From Chrysomallon squamiferum (lineage: Eukaryota; Animalia; Mollusca), in contig CM022679.1 in assembly GCA_012295275.1 (NCBI GenBank), forward strand, positions 29,884,001 to 29,948,000: a stretch of DNA of 64,000 nucleotides, read 5' to 3'. The position numbers and the translations under genes were made by a program. Positions 51,383 to 64,000 of this stretch are shown here, piece by piece. Numbering within the stretch: position 1 is the first letter of the stretch; each line of letters begins with the position of its first letter. The notes under the pieces were generated by a model that saw only the letters and a program-made list of their open reading frames with translations, did not search any database and was not told where the DNA came from.

Positions 51383-51836
51383 TTAAGTTCTGTTAATAAG
51401 ATATTTCACAAATAGATGAAAACTTTTTAAAACATGACAATCATTCCATTTCCAGTCATACGGCTTTCTAAAAGCAGTACAATACTGGTTGCCATTTAAA
51501 TTGTTAGGTTGGCCAGGGTACCAGTCAGTAAACACAACTTCTGTGTTACTGGAATTCCATCGCCATTCGCCTGAAAAATGAGTGGCCCCAAAGAACACCT
51601 GAACTGTGTTAAGATCTAAAACAAACAAATAAAGGAAAAAGCTAATAGTTTAAACTTGTATGATTTGAAGGTGCAGTAGTGATGAAGTAATTGTCTGCGT
51701 GATACAGCTTAACTTAAATTCCGTTAAGTATTAAGATAACTAAATAAACAACAAAACAACAAAAATACTAGAGGCAACAGTAGTAACAGTAACAACAACA
51801 ATAACAATAATAATAGTAATAATAATAATAATAAAA

Positions 51837-51867
<31 letters not shown>

Positions 51868-53874
51868 GGAAGAAGAAGTAGAAGAAGAAAATGAAGAAAA
51901 AGTGTGAAAGACAGTTATATTTTTTGACAATAACAAACTTTTTCTTCTCGTACCTTTTATAACTTCTCTTTTATATAACTATTTTTCTCAGCAGACTGTA
52001 TTTCCATCAACTGTCCCCCTTCTTCTATACACGTGTTTTTGGCCTCCTCAAATGTGGTTAAAGTTTCATGAATCTTGTAAAAGAAGGGAAAGTAGAGGCC
52101 TTGATGTAATCCAACATCCAGAGGTGATGTTTCTGATGGAATAAGTAAATAAATAAATAAATAAATACGTAGCGGTAGTAGTAATAGTAGTATCAGCGCA
52201 GGTACAGATTTGAAAGTTTCCAAATGTCCCTTTCTTACAGATACGACGAGGGATACACTGAACACTCTTCGGGTTGATTCTTACGGAATACGATAATCAC
52301 TTATGGATTTTAGTCAATACGGGATACAGTGAATACTTTTGGAGTTTAGTCGATTCTGGTTACAATGAATACTTTTGGAGTTTAGTCGATTCTGGTTACA
52401 ATGAATACTTTTGGAGTTTAGTCGATTCTGGTTACAATGAATACTTTTGGAGTTTAGAGTTACAATGAATACTTTTGGAGTTTAGTCGATTCTGGTTACA
52501 ATGAATACTTTTGGAGTTTAGACGATTCTGGTTACAATGAATACTTTTGGAGTTTAGTCGATTCTGGTTACAATGAATACTTATCGGGCTTAATCGGTAT
52601 TGTACACTATGAATGCTTTCGGACTTTAGTCGATCCGGAATACAATGAGTAGCTTGGGATTTACCTTCCAGTAAAACACAAAAATATTAATTGCCAAGTT
52701 TTGTGCAATAAAAGATACATAAAGCTCATCTAGTCAGAAACTTATTTGTTCACATGATGTTATTACAAACAGACATAGAGATAGATAGAAATGTGAAGAT
52801 ATTTTGAACAGCCACTTTTAATGACAAGTGTTTTATTTCAAGTTTTGTAACGCTAATATCAACAAATATTTCTTCTAAAAAAATATCGATTCACTTGTGT
52901 TATTTTACCTGTACTGCAGTCTGTTGTTTGTCTAACAATTTTACAGACTGTGCCGTTTGGACAACTGTGATTCTCACACTGAAGGGCAAGTCTCTGAAAT
53001 AAAGAAATATCAGAAATTTTCTTACTTCAGTAAAATAACATTTTAATGTCAAACAAATTCTTCATAATCTGAAGATTATATCAAATAAGAGACCAATCTT
53101 TTTTCTTGTTTTGTTTTGTTATTTTTGTTACTGTCACTAAATATCGTTTCGATTGACAGCACGACATTTTAAAATTTTACCTTCCCTTATACATGAAACG
53201 TGTTATTATCAAGACCTTTTATAAGTAATTCTGAAATACAAGATCAAACGTGAACGGAGGCAGTTTGGATGTATATAATTTTTTTTTAAAGAGACAAGTA
53301 TTTAAAATAAAAATATTTGTCATATATTCAGCAAAATACGTATAAAGCTTTATATGGGGGAAAATGATTTATATTATATTTTATAACATAACGTTCGAAG
53401 GAACACGCATGCGCACATACAGACATATTATATACACATTATGCACACTTAATAAACTCTTATATTTATACATGTTTTTAATCCATATAATAAATTTATA
53501 CCACATACTTAGAACATTCACATATTATTTTATGTATGAAACAAAGCGATTTTACATACCTTAGGCCAGTTCTGTATTTCAGAGTAAATACTTCCATCTT
53601 TAAATTGCAGACTGCCGTTGCTTTCCTGGTTTAGTTCACAAATGTTTGTGATATTATCAAAGTTGATGCTCTGACATCTTGTTCTGAACAGACATTGCTG
53701 AACACATCGTAGTAGTCCGAAGTCTCCGAACACAAGAAACGTGCTTGAAGATCCAGTGTTGTATTGAAAGAGATCACTGAAGTTGTCGTAGTTGGTACAC
53801 ACAGGGAAGTGGCACCAAATTAATCGAAAGAGATGAAGAATAAGAACTCCAAGAAACAAGTTTTTGCAAAACAT
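51383..53874 (-). pseudogene. PAN/apple + C-type lectin, copy D, frameshifted in CTLD exons
   Basis: Exons 53560-53874 and 52909-52993 are intact. Exon 51954-52132 is 179 nt vs 177, with compensating +1/-1 indels then +2, and TAA at 51957. The last exon from 51615 has a -1 after WNDCH. Confidence 0.78.
52240..52660. repeat. 36-bp minisatellite (AATGAATACTTTTGGAGTTTAGTCGATTCTGGTTAC)n
   Basis: About 7 near-perfect head-to-tail units at ~52329-52582, one of them shortened, with degenerate flanking units. Confidence 0.92.
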
Positions 53875-54239
53875 TTTTGAAGATTCCTGTCTTCAGATCG
53901 AAACTGGAGCAATAACAATTTGAGCAAGCGTGGAAACAAATATATATATGTATATATATATAATGATTAAAGTTTATTGTCTGAAATTAATGAAAACAAA
54001 AATCAGCATTACAGTAGGTGTATAATAACAATAATATTATTATTTTTAAACACTATATGAAAAATAAGAAGTTTTTAAACTGTTATTTTGTTTAAAAATA
54101 TTTTTCTTATTTTACCCAAAAGAAAATCAACAAGAATATGGTTCTGAATCGTTTATAACATATCCCTTGTTTTAAATCCACTTCGAGTCAGTCACTGGCG
54201 CAAAAATATGTATTTAAAACATTCGTCTTAAATTGAAAT

Positions 54240-57200
54240 AAAAGCTGAAATAAATATCCGTAGTTTAAATGTTTTCGAGAAAACAAACCTTTTGTTGAAA
54301 AACGTTTTAACAATTCTCACAGTTATTACACCTTTCGCTCAGTTATTGTAAAATATATTTTTGAAAAAATGGAAGATTATATCAGTAGAAAAAAAAATAG
54401 AAGACAAACTGAAGAAGTGAATTGTATTTGTTGATTCCAGGAATCTCTTTTGACCTTCAGGAAACTAAATATATAAAACATTTCCTGTACAGATGATATT
54501 TCAACAGTAAACAGTGTATTAAATGATTTCCAATATCTTCAATAGTCCTTTTTAAAACTAAATAAAGAGACACGACGCTTACCGAATACGTTCTTCCTTA
54601 AACAGTTGATACACTCTTCCATTATATCGACTTTTCCTGTGTAATCATACATCTTAGTAAATAATACAGCACTGTAAATACTCATAACGTTCTGAAGCAG
54701 TTCAGGATGTCCGTGTTTATTATCTAGAAATTTAATTGACTTATGTAACTATGGATAAAAGATTCATTCTTAAACGTTTTTCCACGACACAAATACTGCT
54801 GCCTGTGACGACCGTACTTCTCTAATCTTCGGTATCAAGTCTGTCGTCACAGCTCGCTTCATAACTAATAGGTTAGTTAATTTTCTTAAACGTGAAAGGG
54901 GGCAGAAAGGACTTAACGGTACAATTAACAGCAACAGTAACTTCAGCAGCAGTTACGTCAACAACAACCGCATCGGAAAAGAGTGTTTATCGGATGGAAT
55001 GCTGAAAACACAAACGTGCACCACATGTTAAAATAGCATTAAAATTAAAAAAAAAAAAATTAAACAAAAAAAATAAGAAAGAAAGAAGAGAATAGGAAAA
55101 AAATGTGAAAATGCTGCCATGACTAAATTTTGTATAACTACATTTTCATCCTTTTTTGATGTTAATAAATCTTCAAAATGTTCAGTGGTACGAATATGTA
55201 TTTTAGTGCGATGTCACGCTCACCTGGCTCGAATCTATTGACTACATCAATTAGTTTTACATATTATATGTGTATTTTATATATATACATATATATATAT
55301 ATTATTGGCTTATTTGAGGTTTTTATGCTTCAAAATAAGTCCTATCTCCCAACGTGTACATAATGAAGTATTTTTATTTTTATGCTTTTTACAAATATGT
55401 TCGTTAATTTAGATTAATAATGTATGGAAATATTGTTCTTATGCTCCAGAAATATTCAGAACAAAAAGGTGAAACAGAACTAAAAAAAAATAAAAAAAAT
55501 AAATTGAAGATGAAGACTTTTGTATATATGTGTCTATGTATAATGTGTGTGTATGTGTATGTATGTGTATGTATGCATGTGAATATGTGTGTGTGTTATA
55601 TGATTATCACACGTTTGTTTTTATAACAGATTTTTGTTTGTTTTCATAGTAGGCGTTACTAACTGTTAATTTACAATGAAGTCGTTGTACTCATTAACTG
55701 CGAAACCTGTGTCACGTGATAAAATACGTTTATCATAGTCAATAAGTTTGATTTATAGACGCTGTCACCGTGTTTTCATAATATACTGACATTTTTTTTT
55801 TTTTTTTTATTATTATCATTATTTATCAGAACCGAAGTATCTTCTACAATCTACATCCATTCAGGAAGTCAAAGATTACCATCTTTGGAACACTGACGGG
55901 ACTGGGAAATTACACAATGGAAGCTCGGAAGACGATCGATCTTGTAATTCACCATCAACAAGCTAATCTAACCACTGAAACAAAGCCTGCCCGGTGAATG
56001 AATTGTTAATTAACCGTTTATTTAAGTAACTCGACGTCTTGAAAGAAACACAACACTAATTTTAATTGTAAAATTCAGCGCTACTATCACTTAAACGAAC
56101 GAGAATAATTATGCATAGAAAAAGCATTATTTATTCACTACAAAAATCGTCAGTAAGTTTGTGTTAGAAACAAAATCGACCGCAACTCCTTGACGTACTG
56201 TTAAAGGTGATTATTACATATTTTATGTGAAAACTAAATGTAGCAGTCTTTGCTATTGATTAAACAAATATTCGTTTAACTACAGAGCAACACTTTTTAA
56301 TTTTTAAGGTTTCTGTATGAATTTTAGCTTGTGTATTATGTTATATTAGAAACAAAATACTGGGTGGATTTCTCTTATATGTTATCAGCAACATCTCTTT
56401 GTCGCTCACTTTCTGAGTGGGACACAATAACTCTTTTTTTTTTTTTTAATAATTAATTATGCTGATACTAATATGGCTTAATTTTACAATAAATAAAGAA
56501 ATTAACAAACGAAATAATATCTGTGTGTAATAATAATAAATATTCTGAGGTAGGTGAAGAATTATTGAGATACAATAAATGCTATAGTTATATTAAACAA
56601 TTACTTTTTAATATATATATAGTGAGAACAGTAATATTAGACGTATTACTGTATAGAACTACTACATAAACAGACTTATATAACAGATAAAAGCCTTCGT
56701 CGCCTGGTAACTGACGTCATATAACATTAATGGCTGAATATAAATGGCTGCTTATATATTATCAGCAAGATCTCTTTACCGTTCACTTTCTGAGCAGCAC
56801 ATATCCATGCTATGGTTACTATGGTTACTGCAAGAAGATTATCACTGTTTTTGTTTTTTAAGTCTTTATAACAAACAAATAAAAATAAACCCAACAAGTT
56901 CATTTATGTTCTGTGTATTTTAATAATAATTTTACACAAACCATAAATAAATTTAAAAAAAGTACTAAGGGCAGATTTATTATTATTATTTTTTTTCTTC
57001 TTCTTCTTCTTCTTCTTCTTCTTATTAGTATTATTTAGAGCTACTCATACACAAAGACGAGTTTTTTCATGCGATTAGCATGTTAATGTTTTTCAATCAG
57101 TTGGTACTTATTCACTTCACGATTGTCAATAAGTTTCTGTTGGAAACAAATCGACCGCATTTCCTTGATGTACTGTTAAAGGTGATTATTACATATTTTA

Positions 57201-58600
57201 TCTGAAAAGTAAAAAGTAGCAATCTTTGCTATTGATTAAATAAATATTCCTTTATCTACCGATCACCACATTTTAATTTTAAGGTTGTGTGTTACACACA
57301 GAAACAAAACAGATATTATTTCGTTTGTTAATTTCTTTATTTATCGTAAAATTAAGCCATATTAGTATCAGCATTATTAATTATTAAAAAAAAGAGTTAT
57401 TGTGTCCCACTCAGAAAGTGAGCGACAAAGAGATGTTGCTGATAACATATAAGAGAAATCCACCCAGTATTTTGTTTCTAATATAACATAATATACAAGC
57501 TAAAATACATACACATACCTTAAAATTAAAATGTGTTGCTAAAATTCATACAAAAACATTAAAATTAAAATGTGTTGCTCTGAAGATAAACGAATATTTA
57601 AATAATCAATAGCAAAGACTGCTACATTTACTTTTCAGATAAAAAATGTAATATTACATGAAGGAATTGCAGTTAATGAGTACAACAACTTCATTGTAAA
57701 TTTACAGTCCATAACATCTATTATGAAAACAGACAAAAAATATATAATAAAAATAAATATGTGATAATCATAAAGCATACATACATGCATAATACATACA
57801 TAGATGCATACATGTTCCACTTCTCCAACAATCTTCTTTTTTTTTTCTTTTTTTTTTTCTTTTTTATTAGCTTTTCCTTCTGAATATTGCTGGAGCATAA
57901 GAACAAAATTACCATACATTACTAATGTAAATGAACGTAATTATTTATGAAAATAATAAAAAATAAAAAATACTTCGTTAGAGAGTACGATCGAGGTGTT
58001 ACAGGCTTCAGATTGAAACCTCCCGAGTGCACCATATGAGGTTTTACCTTTTCAACAATATCGCCTTTAGGCCGCTGTATTTATTTAGATGAAACACCGT
58101 TAACAGTGGAATGTTTTATGTTCATTCTGAACCGCTTCAAAATCTCATGACTGTTTACAGTGCTGTATAATTTGCTAAGATGCATGTCCACACAGGACAA
58201 GTCGATGTAATGGAAGAATATATCAGCTGTTTGACGAAGAACGTATTTGGTAAGAGACGTGTCTAACTATTTTGTTTAAAAAGGACTGATAACTGCTGAA
58301 AATATCAGCTGTACAGGAAATATTTTATATTCATTTTATATATTTAGTTATAAAAGATTAAAAGAATTTCCTGGAATCAAGAACAAATACAATTTACTCC
58401 TTCAACTTGCCTTCAGGTTAGGAAACAGAATGAACGGAAATTTTTGTTGATATAATCTTCTATCTTTTCAAAATTATATTTTGAAAGAAAAAAATGACTT
58501 TATGATAATTGAACGAAAGATGTAGTAAAGATCGAGATTTGTTAAAACGTTTTCTGTCAAAAATCTTGTTTTCTCGAAAACATTTAAACGATGGATAATA
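54240..58600. repeat. Imperfect long inverted duplication between head-to-head lectin copies D and E
   Basis: Reverse-complement pairs: ~54430-54720/58140-58400, ~55360-55700/57660-57980 and ~56210-56530/57295-57650 (near perfect). Confidence 0.85.
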
Positions 58601-58865
58601 ATTTCAGTTTTTTATATGGTTTTTTTTGATTGAGTTGAAGACAAAGTAATAGTTTAGAAAATGGTTGTTTTAAGATATTGTTTAAACAAAAATAATATTA
58701 TAAACCTTTTTTATTTACTTTTCTTTTTATTTTCTTTCTTTCAGTTTTTGTTTTCAGTAATTTAAGAGAACAAACGTTAATAAATATATACACGTCTGTT
58801 TCCAAACATGGCTCAAATTGTTGTTGCTCAAATTTCGATTTACAGCTAGAGGAGAATCTTCAGAC

Positions 58866-59462
58866 ATGTTTTCCAAAAATTTGTTTCTTGGAGTTCTAAT
58901 TCTTCATTTCTTTGGATTAACTTGGTGCCACTGTCCTGTCTGTACCAACTACGACAACTTCAGTGATCTCCTTCAAAACAACTCTGGTTCTTCAAGCACG
59001 TTTCTTGTGTTCAAAGACTTCGGACTACTACGATGTGTTCAGCAATGTCTGTTCAGAACAAAATGTCAGAGCATCAACTTTACATTACCACGAACATTTG
59101 TGAACTAAACCAGGAAAGCAACGGAAAACTGGTGTTTAAAAATGGAAGTATTTACTCTGAAATACAGAACTGGCCCAAGGTGTGTTAATTAGTTCTCTTT
59201 TTTAAATTAAATGATACTTGCATTTTCTTTGTAGGTTACAGAAATTTATCAGATGGTGTAAAAACGTATGTATATTTAAGAGTTTATTATGTGTGTCCAT
59301 AACGTGTATATCTGTGTATATGTACATGTGCAGTGTTTATGTCTATATGATTGGATGTGTATAGATATATATACACATGTCGCACATTATATATATGTAT
59401 AAAGACTGTGAGTATTATGGCATAACCGTATCTTAAAATATAACAATATGAATGTTTTTTGG

Positions 59463-59554
<92 letters not shown>

Positions 59555-61871
59555 GTATAATTGTTTTATGATTTCTATTTTAAATCTTTTTATACTTAAT
59601 AAACCTTAAAATGAACATCTAAACTGCCTCCGTTCGGCCACTGACGTTTTGATCTTGTGTTTCTCAACTTGTGATACAAAATCTTGATAACAACACGTTT
59701 CCAGTTTACCGTAAGGTATGATTATCGCTAATCGAAAAGATATTTAGTAGCAGTAAAAAAAAAAACACCACATTCATCAGTCAGAGAGTTGGTATAATTG
59801 TCTGACTTTGAAGAATTTGTTTGACATTAAAATTTTATTTTACTGAAATAATAAAATTTCTGATATTTCTGTATTTCAGCGGCTTGTTCTTCAATGTGAG
59901 AATCACAGATGCAAAAGCGGTGAAGTCTGCACAATTGATAGAAAAACAACAAACTGCAGTACAGGTAAAATAACACAAGCGAATCAATATTTTAAAAAAA
60001 ACAAAAAAACAATGTAAACATATATTAATATTAGATTTACAAAACTTGAAATAAAATACTTAATAGAATGTTTGATTCGCTAAATCTAACTGTTTAACAT
60101 ACAGCTCCACCTTTCCATTTATTTGTATATCAGTTTGTAACCGCGTCTTGTGAACAGATACATTTCTGACTTGATGGTGTCACGGTTCCAATGCCCAACG
60201 TGCTCGTTATGTAGGCGTTTAGAAGCATTAGACAGATAACACATCAACAAGAATTCAACTTGACTTGTTTATCATGCGTTTCGTAATTATACACAAGAAA
60301 ATAAACCCAAGCGAATTATAAACGGTTTTCGGGAAATCTATTTAAAAACGGATTTGAATAAAATCAGTTATTTAATGCAAGTTTTTACTTATGTTACAGG
60401 TTCCTACGCAGAGATTTGTGTGATTTGTGCATAATCGACGCAGGTCCTACGAGAATCCAAGGACATTCATACGATCCCGCGCGATATATATATATATATA
60501 CATTTTTTTTTTTTAAATCTGTACTTCTGCATTCCAGGAAGTAAATTTGAAATGTTTGGCAGCTTCAAAATATGTCAAATGTTATACACAAAGAGAGGTT
60601 ATTACTTCATGTTTGCCTCAGTCTGTCCAATCATCCTCTTCTCCATTAACGACATTATGTTATATTACAGGACATTCCTACATGTGTACGTGTCTACAAA
60701 GTACTTATCAATAATAATGAATTTTTAATTCCCGAAAACTAATTGTTTAACGTGTAAATTACTCGTTGTTTCTACCTGTGTTTTAGTGTGTAACAACATC
60801 TTGTGAACAGATACATTTCACACTTGATGAGTTCTATATACATTTTATTGTCTGAAACTTGGTGTTTAATAATTTTGTGTATCTACTTTCCTTTTTACCA
60901 GAATCGACTAAACTCCAAAAGTACTCACTGTATTCCGTAACAAATCCAGTCGAGAAGGGTTCAACGGAACCACTATTCATCAAAACACATTTGATTAGCT
61001 TCAAATCTGTGCATGCACTACTGTTATTGTTACTACTACTACATTTAATTAATTTATTTATTTATTTATTTATTTACTTATTCAATCAGAAACATCACCT
61101 CTGGATGTTGGTTACATCAAGGCCTCAACTTTCCCCTTCTTTTACAAGATTCATGAAACTTTAACCAACATTTGAGGAGGACTAGAAACACGTGTATAGA
61201 AGAAGGGGGACAGTTGATGGAAATAAAGTCTGCTGAGAAAAATAGTTATATACGAGAAGTCATAAAAGGTACGAGATACCACACAAACAGTTTGTCATTG
61301 TGAAGAAATTTAACTATCATATTCCTTTTTTCTTCATTTTCTTCTACATCTTCTTCTTCTTCTTCTTCTTCTTCTTATTATTATTATTATTAGTAGTAGT
61401 AGTAGTAGTAGTATTAGTATTATTATTATTAGTGTTGTTGTTGTTGTTGTTATTGTTTTGATAATGTTTCCTATGACCTCTGTTCCTTCTAGTATTCTCG
61501 CTGTTTTGTTATTATTTAGTTATCTTAATACTTCACAGAATCCAAGCTAGATCACCTAGAAAAATTACTTTATCACTACTGCATATTCAAATCATACAAG
61601 TTTAAACTATTACATTTTTCCTTTATCTTTCATTTTAGATCTTAATACAGTTCAGGTGTTCTTTGGGGCCACTCATTTTTCAGGCGAATGGAGATGGAAT
61701 TCCAGTAACACAGAAGTAGTGTTTACTGACTGGCACCGTGGCCAACCTAACAATAAAAAGGGCAACCAGTATTGTTCAGCTTTTAAAAGGCCGTTTGACT
61801 GGAAATGGAATGATTGTCACTGCTATAAAAAGTTTTCATCTATTTGTGAAATATCTTATGAACAGACCTAA
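58866..61871 (+). pseudogene. PAN/apple + C-type lectin, copy E (inverted), frameshifted
   Basis: Exons 58866-59179 (314 nt, -1 at SINF/D), 59880-59964, 61090-61268 (179 nt, two +1) and 61639-61871 (intact). Confidence 0.78.
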
Positions 61872-63152
61872 TTCCTTTAAGATATTAACATGGAAACAAA
61901 ATAAGAAATAATAATAAGAAGAAAATTGTATAGGGTACAAGTGTAGACTGAATTGTGTTAAATGGCAGAAAATGTTTTCATTTATCTTTTAAATAGCATA
62001 ATAAAATAGTAAGTACTCCCCTACAGAAAGCCTTTGTTTATTAAAAGAATTAAATCTTTACGAGTTAAACTGAAAAATAGTTGATAAAAGTTTGCTATCG
62101 GTCTATCACATTATTTAACTGCATTGTTTGCTTCATCAAGAGTTATTTCTCCTTCTGTTGTGTCTCTGTCATCGTCAAACACAACACAGGCAGTACACAA
62201 CAACACAAAAGAAAACAACACCATGACACGGAAATACAAAACAAAACAACATAACAAAACTTGACAGAGCTACACACAAAACAACACAACAAAACATGAA
62301 CGGCAGTACATATCGCAACACAAAATACGTCACTACAATACACAACACAACAAAACATGACAGAACACTACACAATATAGCTATACAACCGCATGTCATA
62401 TATGAAATTAATGTTACAACAAAAAAAAAAGTCATCTATATATAAATAATAAATATCTGAAAGTGAGTTGTAAACACATTACAGTCAGTTATGAAGCTGG
62501 ATTTAATGTGATGTAAATTTAGTATGCTTTTATAATATAATATGATATTACAGTGGATATCATTTTAAGTTAAATGTGCACTTCTCACATCTATTATTAA
62601 ACACTGACATAATACACTGGTAACTGAATACGAAACCTACGTGACGGTATTTTTATTAATTAATAACTACCACTATCGAGTTATCTAAAATTAGGAATGT
62701 GAGAAGCTGCACGTACATTACAACTTCCACACTAAATAGGTTATGTCTCGATTTCGGAATTTTCCTGATGGGATACGTCAACGACGGGTTGTGAAGAGTT
62801 ATTCCCCTTGAGGGCCATTAGTAATACTGGAGCTGAGGAAGATGATATTTGTATCTGACTTCATTTTACAAACTAACGAGAAATACTAACGTCATTTTTA
62901 TTTTGTAGAAAATACTAAGGTCCATTTTTTTTTTTCATGTAGGCCCATTTCTAGACGCACAACGTCAAAGTAAAACTGTAAATATTACTACCATTCAGAT
63001 GTTCCCTGGGTTGGGTTTTAATTTCCCATTACTTTGGATGGTCTGTTAGAGAATGACCCTTCACTTTAGTAATATTAATGGCATGATTACCTGCCAAAGT
63101 CATAATAATCGTGACTTGATAATTCTTTTCTTTCTTTCTTTCTTTCTTTCCT

Positions 63153-63205
<53 letters not shown>

Positions 63206-64000
63206 TTCTTCTTCTTCTTCTTCTTCTTATTATTATTATTATTATTATTATTACTACTATTATTATTATTATTATTATTATGGGTAACTTATATCGAGTA
63301 TCGACGATTACCGTCGTTTATTATTTGAACCTTTTTTAAATCCAGATGAAGAGAGCATGAATGTGTCACTACAGACTGAAAAAGTAATATGATGTTGTAG
63401 TCAATCAAATCAGCTTCGAAAACTATGTTGAAACAATAAATTTCATTAAAGTATATTTGTAACGATTTAAACGATATTTTTAACTCTATTAAATTAAAAG
63501 CCATAATCGATCAGTATTTTGTTTATTTATTTATACCATTTATAATCAGTCATCATCATCATTATTACTATTATTATATTCTTTATTACAAATATTTCCA
63601 CACACATAAATTAAATGTTTCATTCTAAATACATTTGTACTTAATTCCATTAAAGTAATATAACACTTCATAATAGACAACAAGGTGTGTGTGTGCGTGT
63701 GTGTGTGTGTGAGTTTGTGGGTGGGTGTATGTAAAATAACAGTCTAAACTGTATAAATTATAATAATTATAATAATTACTGCAAAAAATATTTTCGATTT
63801 AATTAAAAGAAATCATTGTGTGACGATGTTAACAGTGAAACACAATTCATGTCTGACAACAGAACAACGATATCAGACTGGTTAGTCACATGCAATACAA
63901 GACTTTCCGATATATTAAATTATCAATTAGCATGTTGATATAGTGATTTATTAACACGATATTGTCAATCTTGATGAATATTTAATGCAACATTCAATAC

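Noticed and set aside
52329-52582. 36-bp repeats resembling a CRISPR array in unit length; ORF 52274-52468
   Set aside because: The units are head-to-tail with no unique spacers, lie in a eukaryotic intron and have no cas genes nearby. This is a minisatellite.
60178-60795. Possible solo LTR (TGTCACGG...TGTAACA) in copy E intron 2
   Set aside because: The right-hand TGTAACA is ancestral intron sequence shared with paralogues, and no target-site duplication was found.

Overview
AT-rich, microsatellite-laden eukaryotic genomic DNA with short GT-AG introns. It is an invertebrate animal, probably a mollusc, which is inferred only from gene families and repeat landscape. Manual splicing gives four loci. 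(1) A minus-strand type-I receptor (exons 8621->697) with seven ephrin-receptor-like Cys-rich repeats, an EGF domain, a TM helix and a tail with a consensus ITAM, but no signal-peptide exon of its own. (2) Two tandem copies (10725->9345, 17777->16231) of a small 4-exon gene missed by the ORF track: signal peptide, 6-Cys domain and GPI-type tail, with a strongly diverged mature domain. Copy 1 is phase-compatible with splicing into the receptor, suggesting a GPI-form/ITAM-receptor switch or a young chimeric gene. (3) A complete 10-exon SLC15A4-like peptide transporter (+, 20378-28588). (4) Five PAN/apple + C-type lectin genes (33028-61871): two intact and three frameshifted, one of those inverted, with mosaic exons and relic fragments. 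Most other listed ORFs are simple-repeat artefacts.
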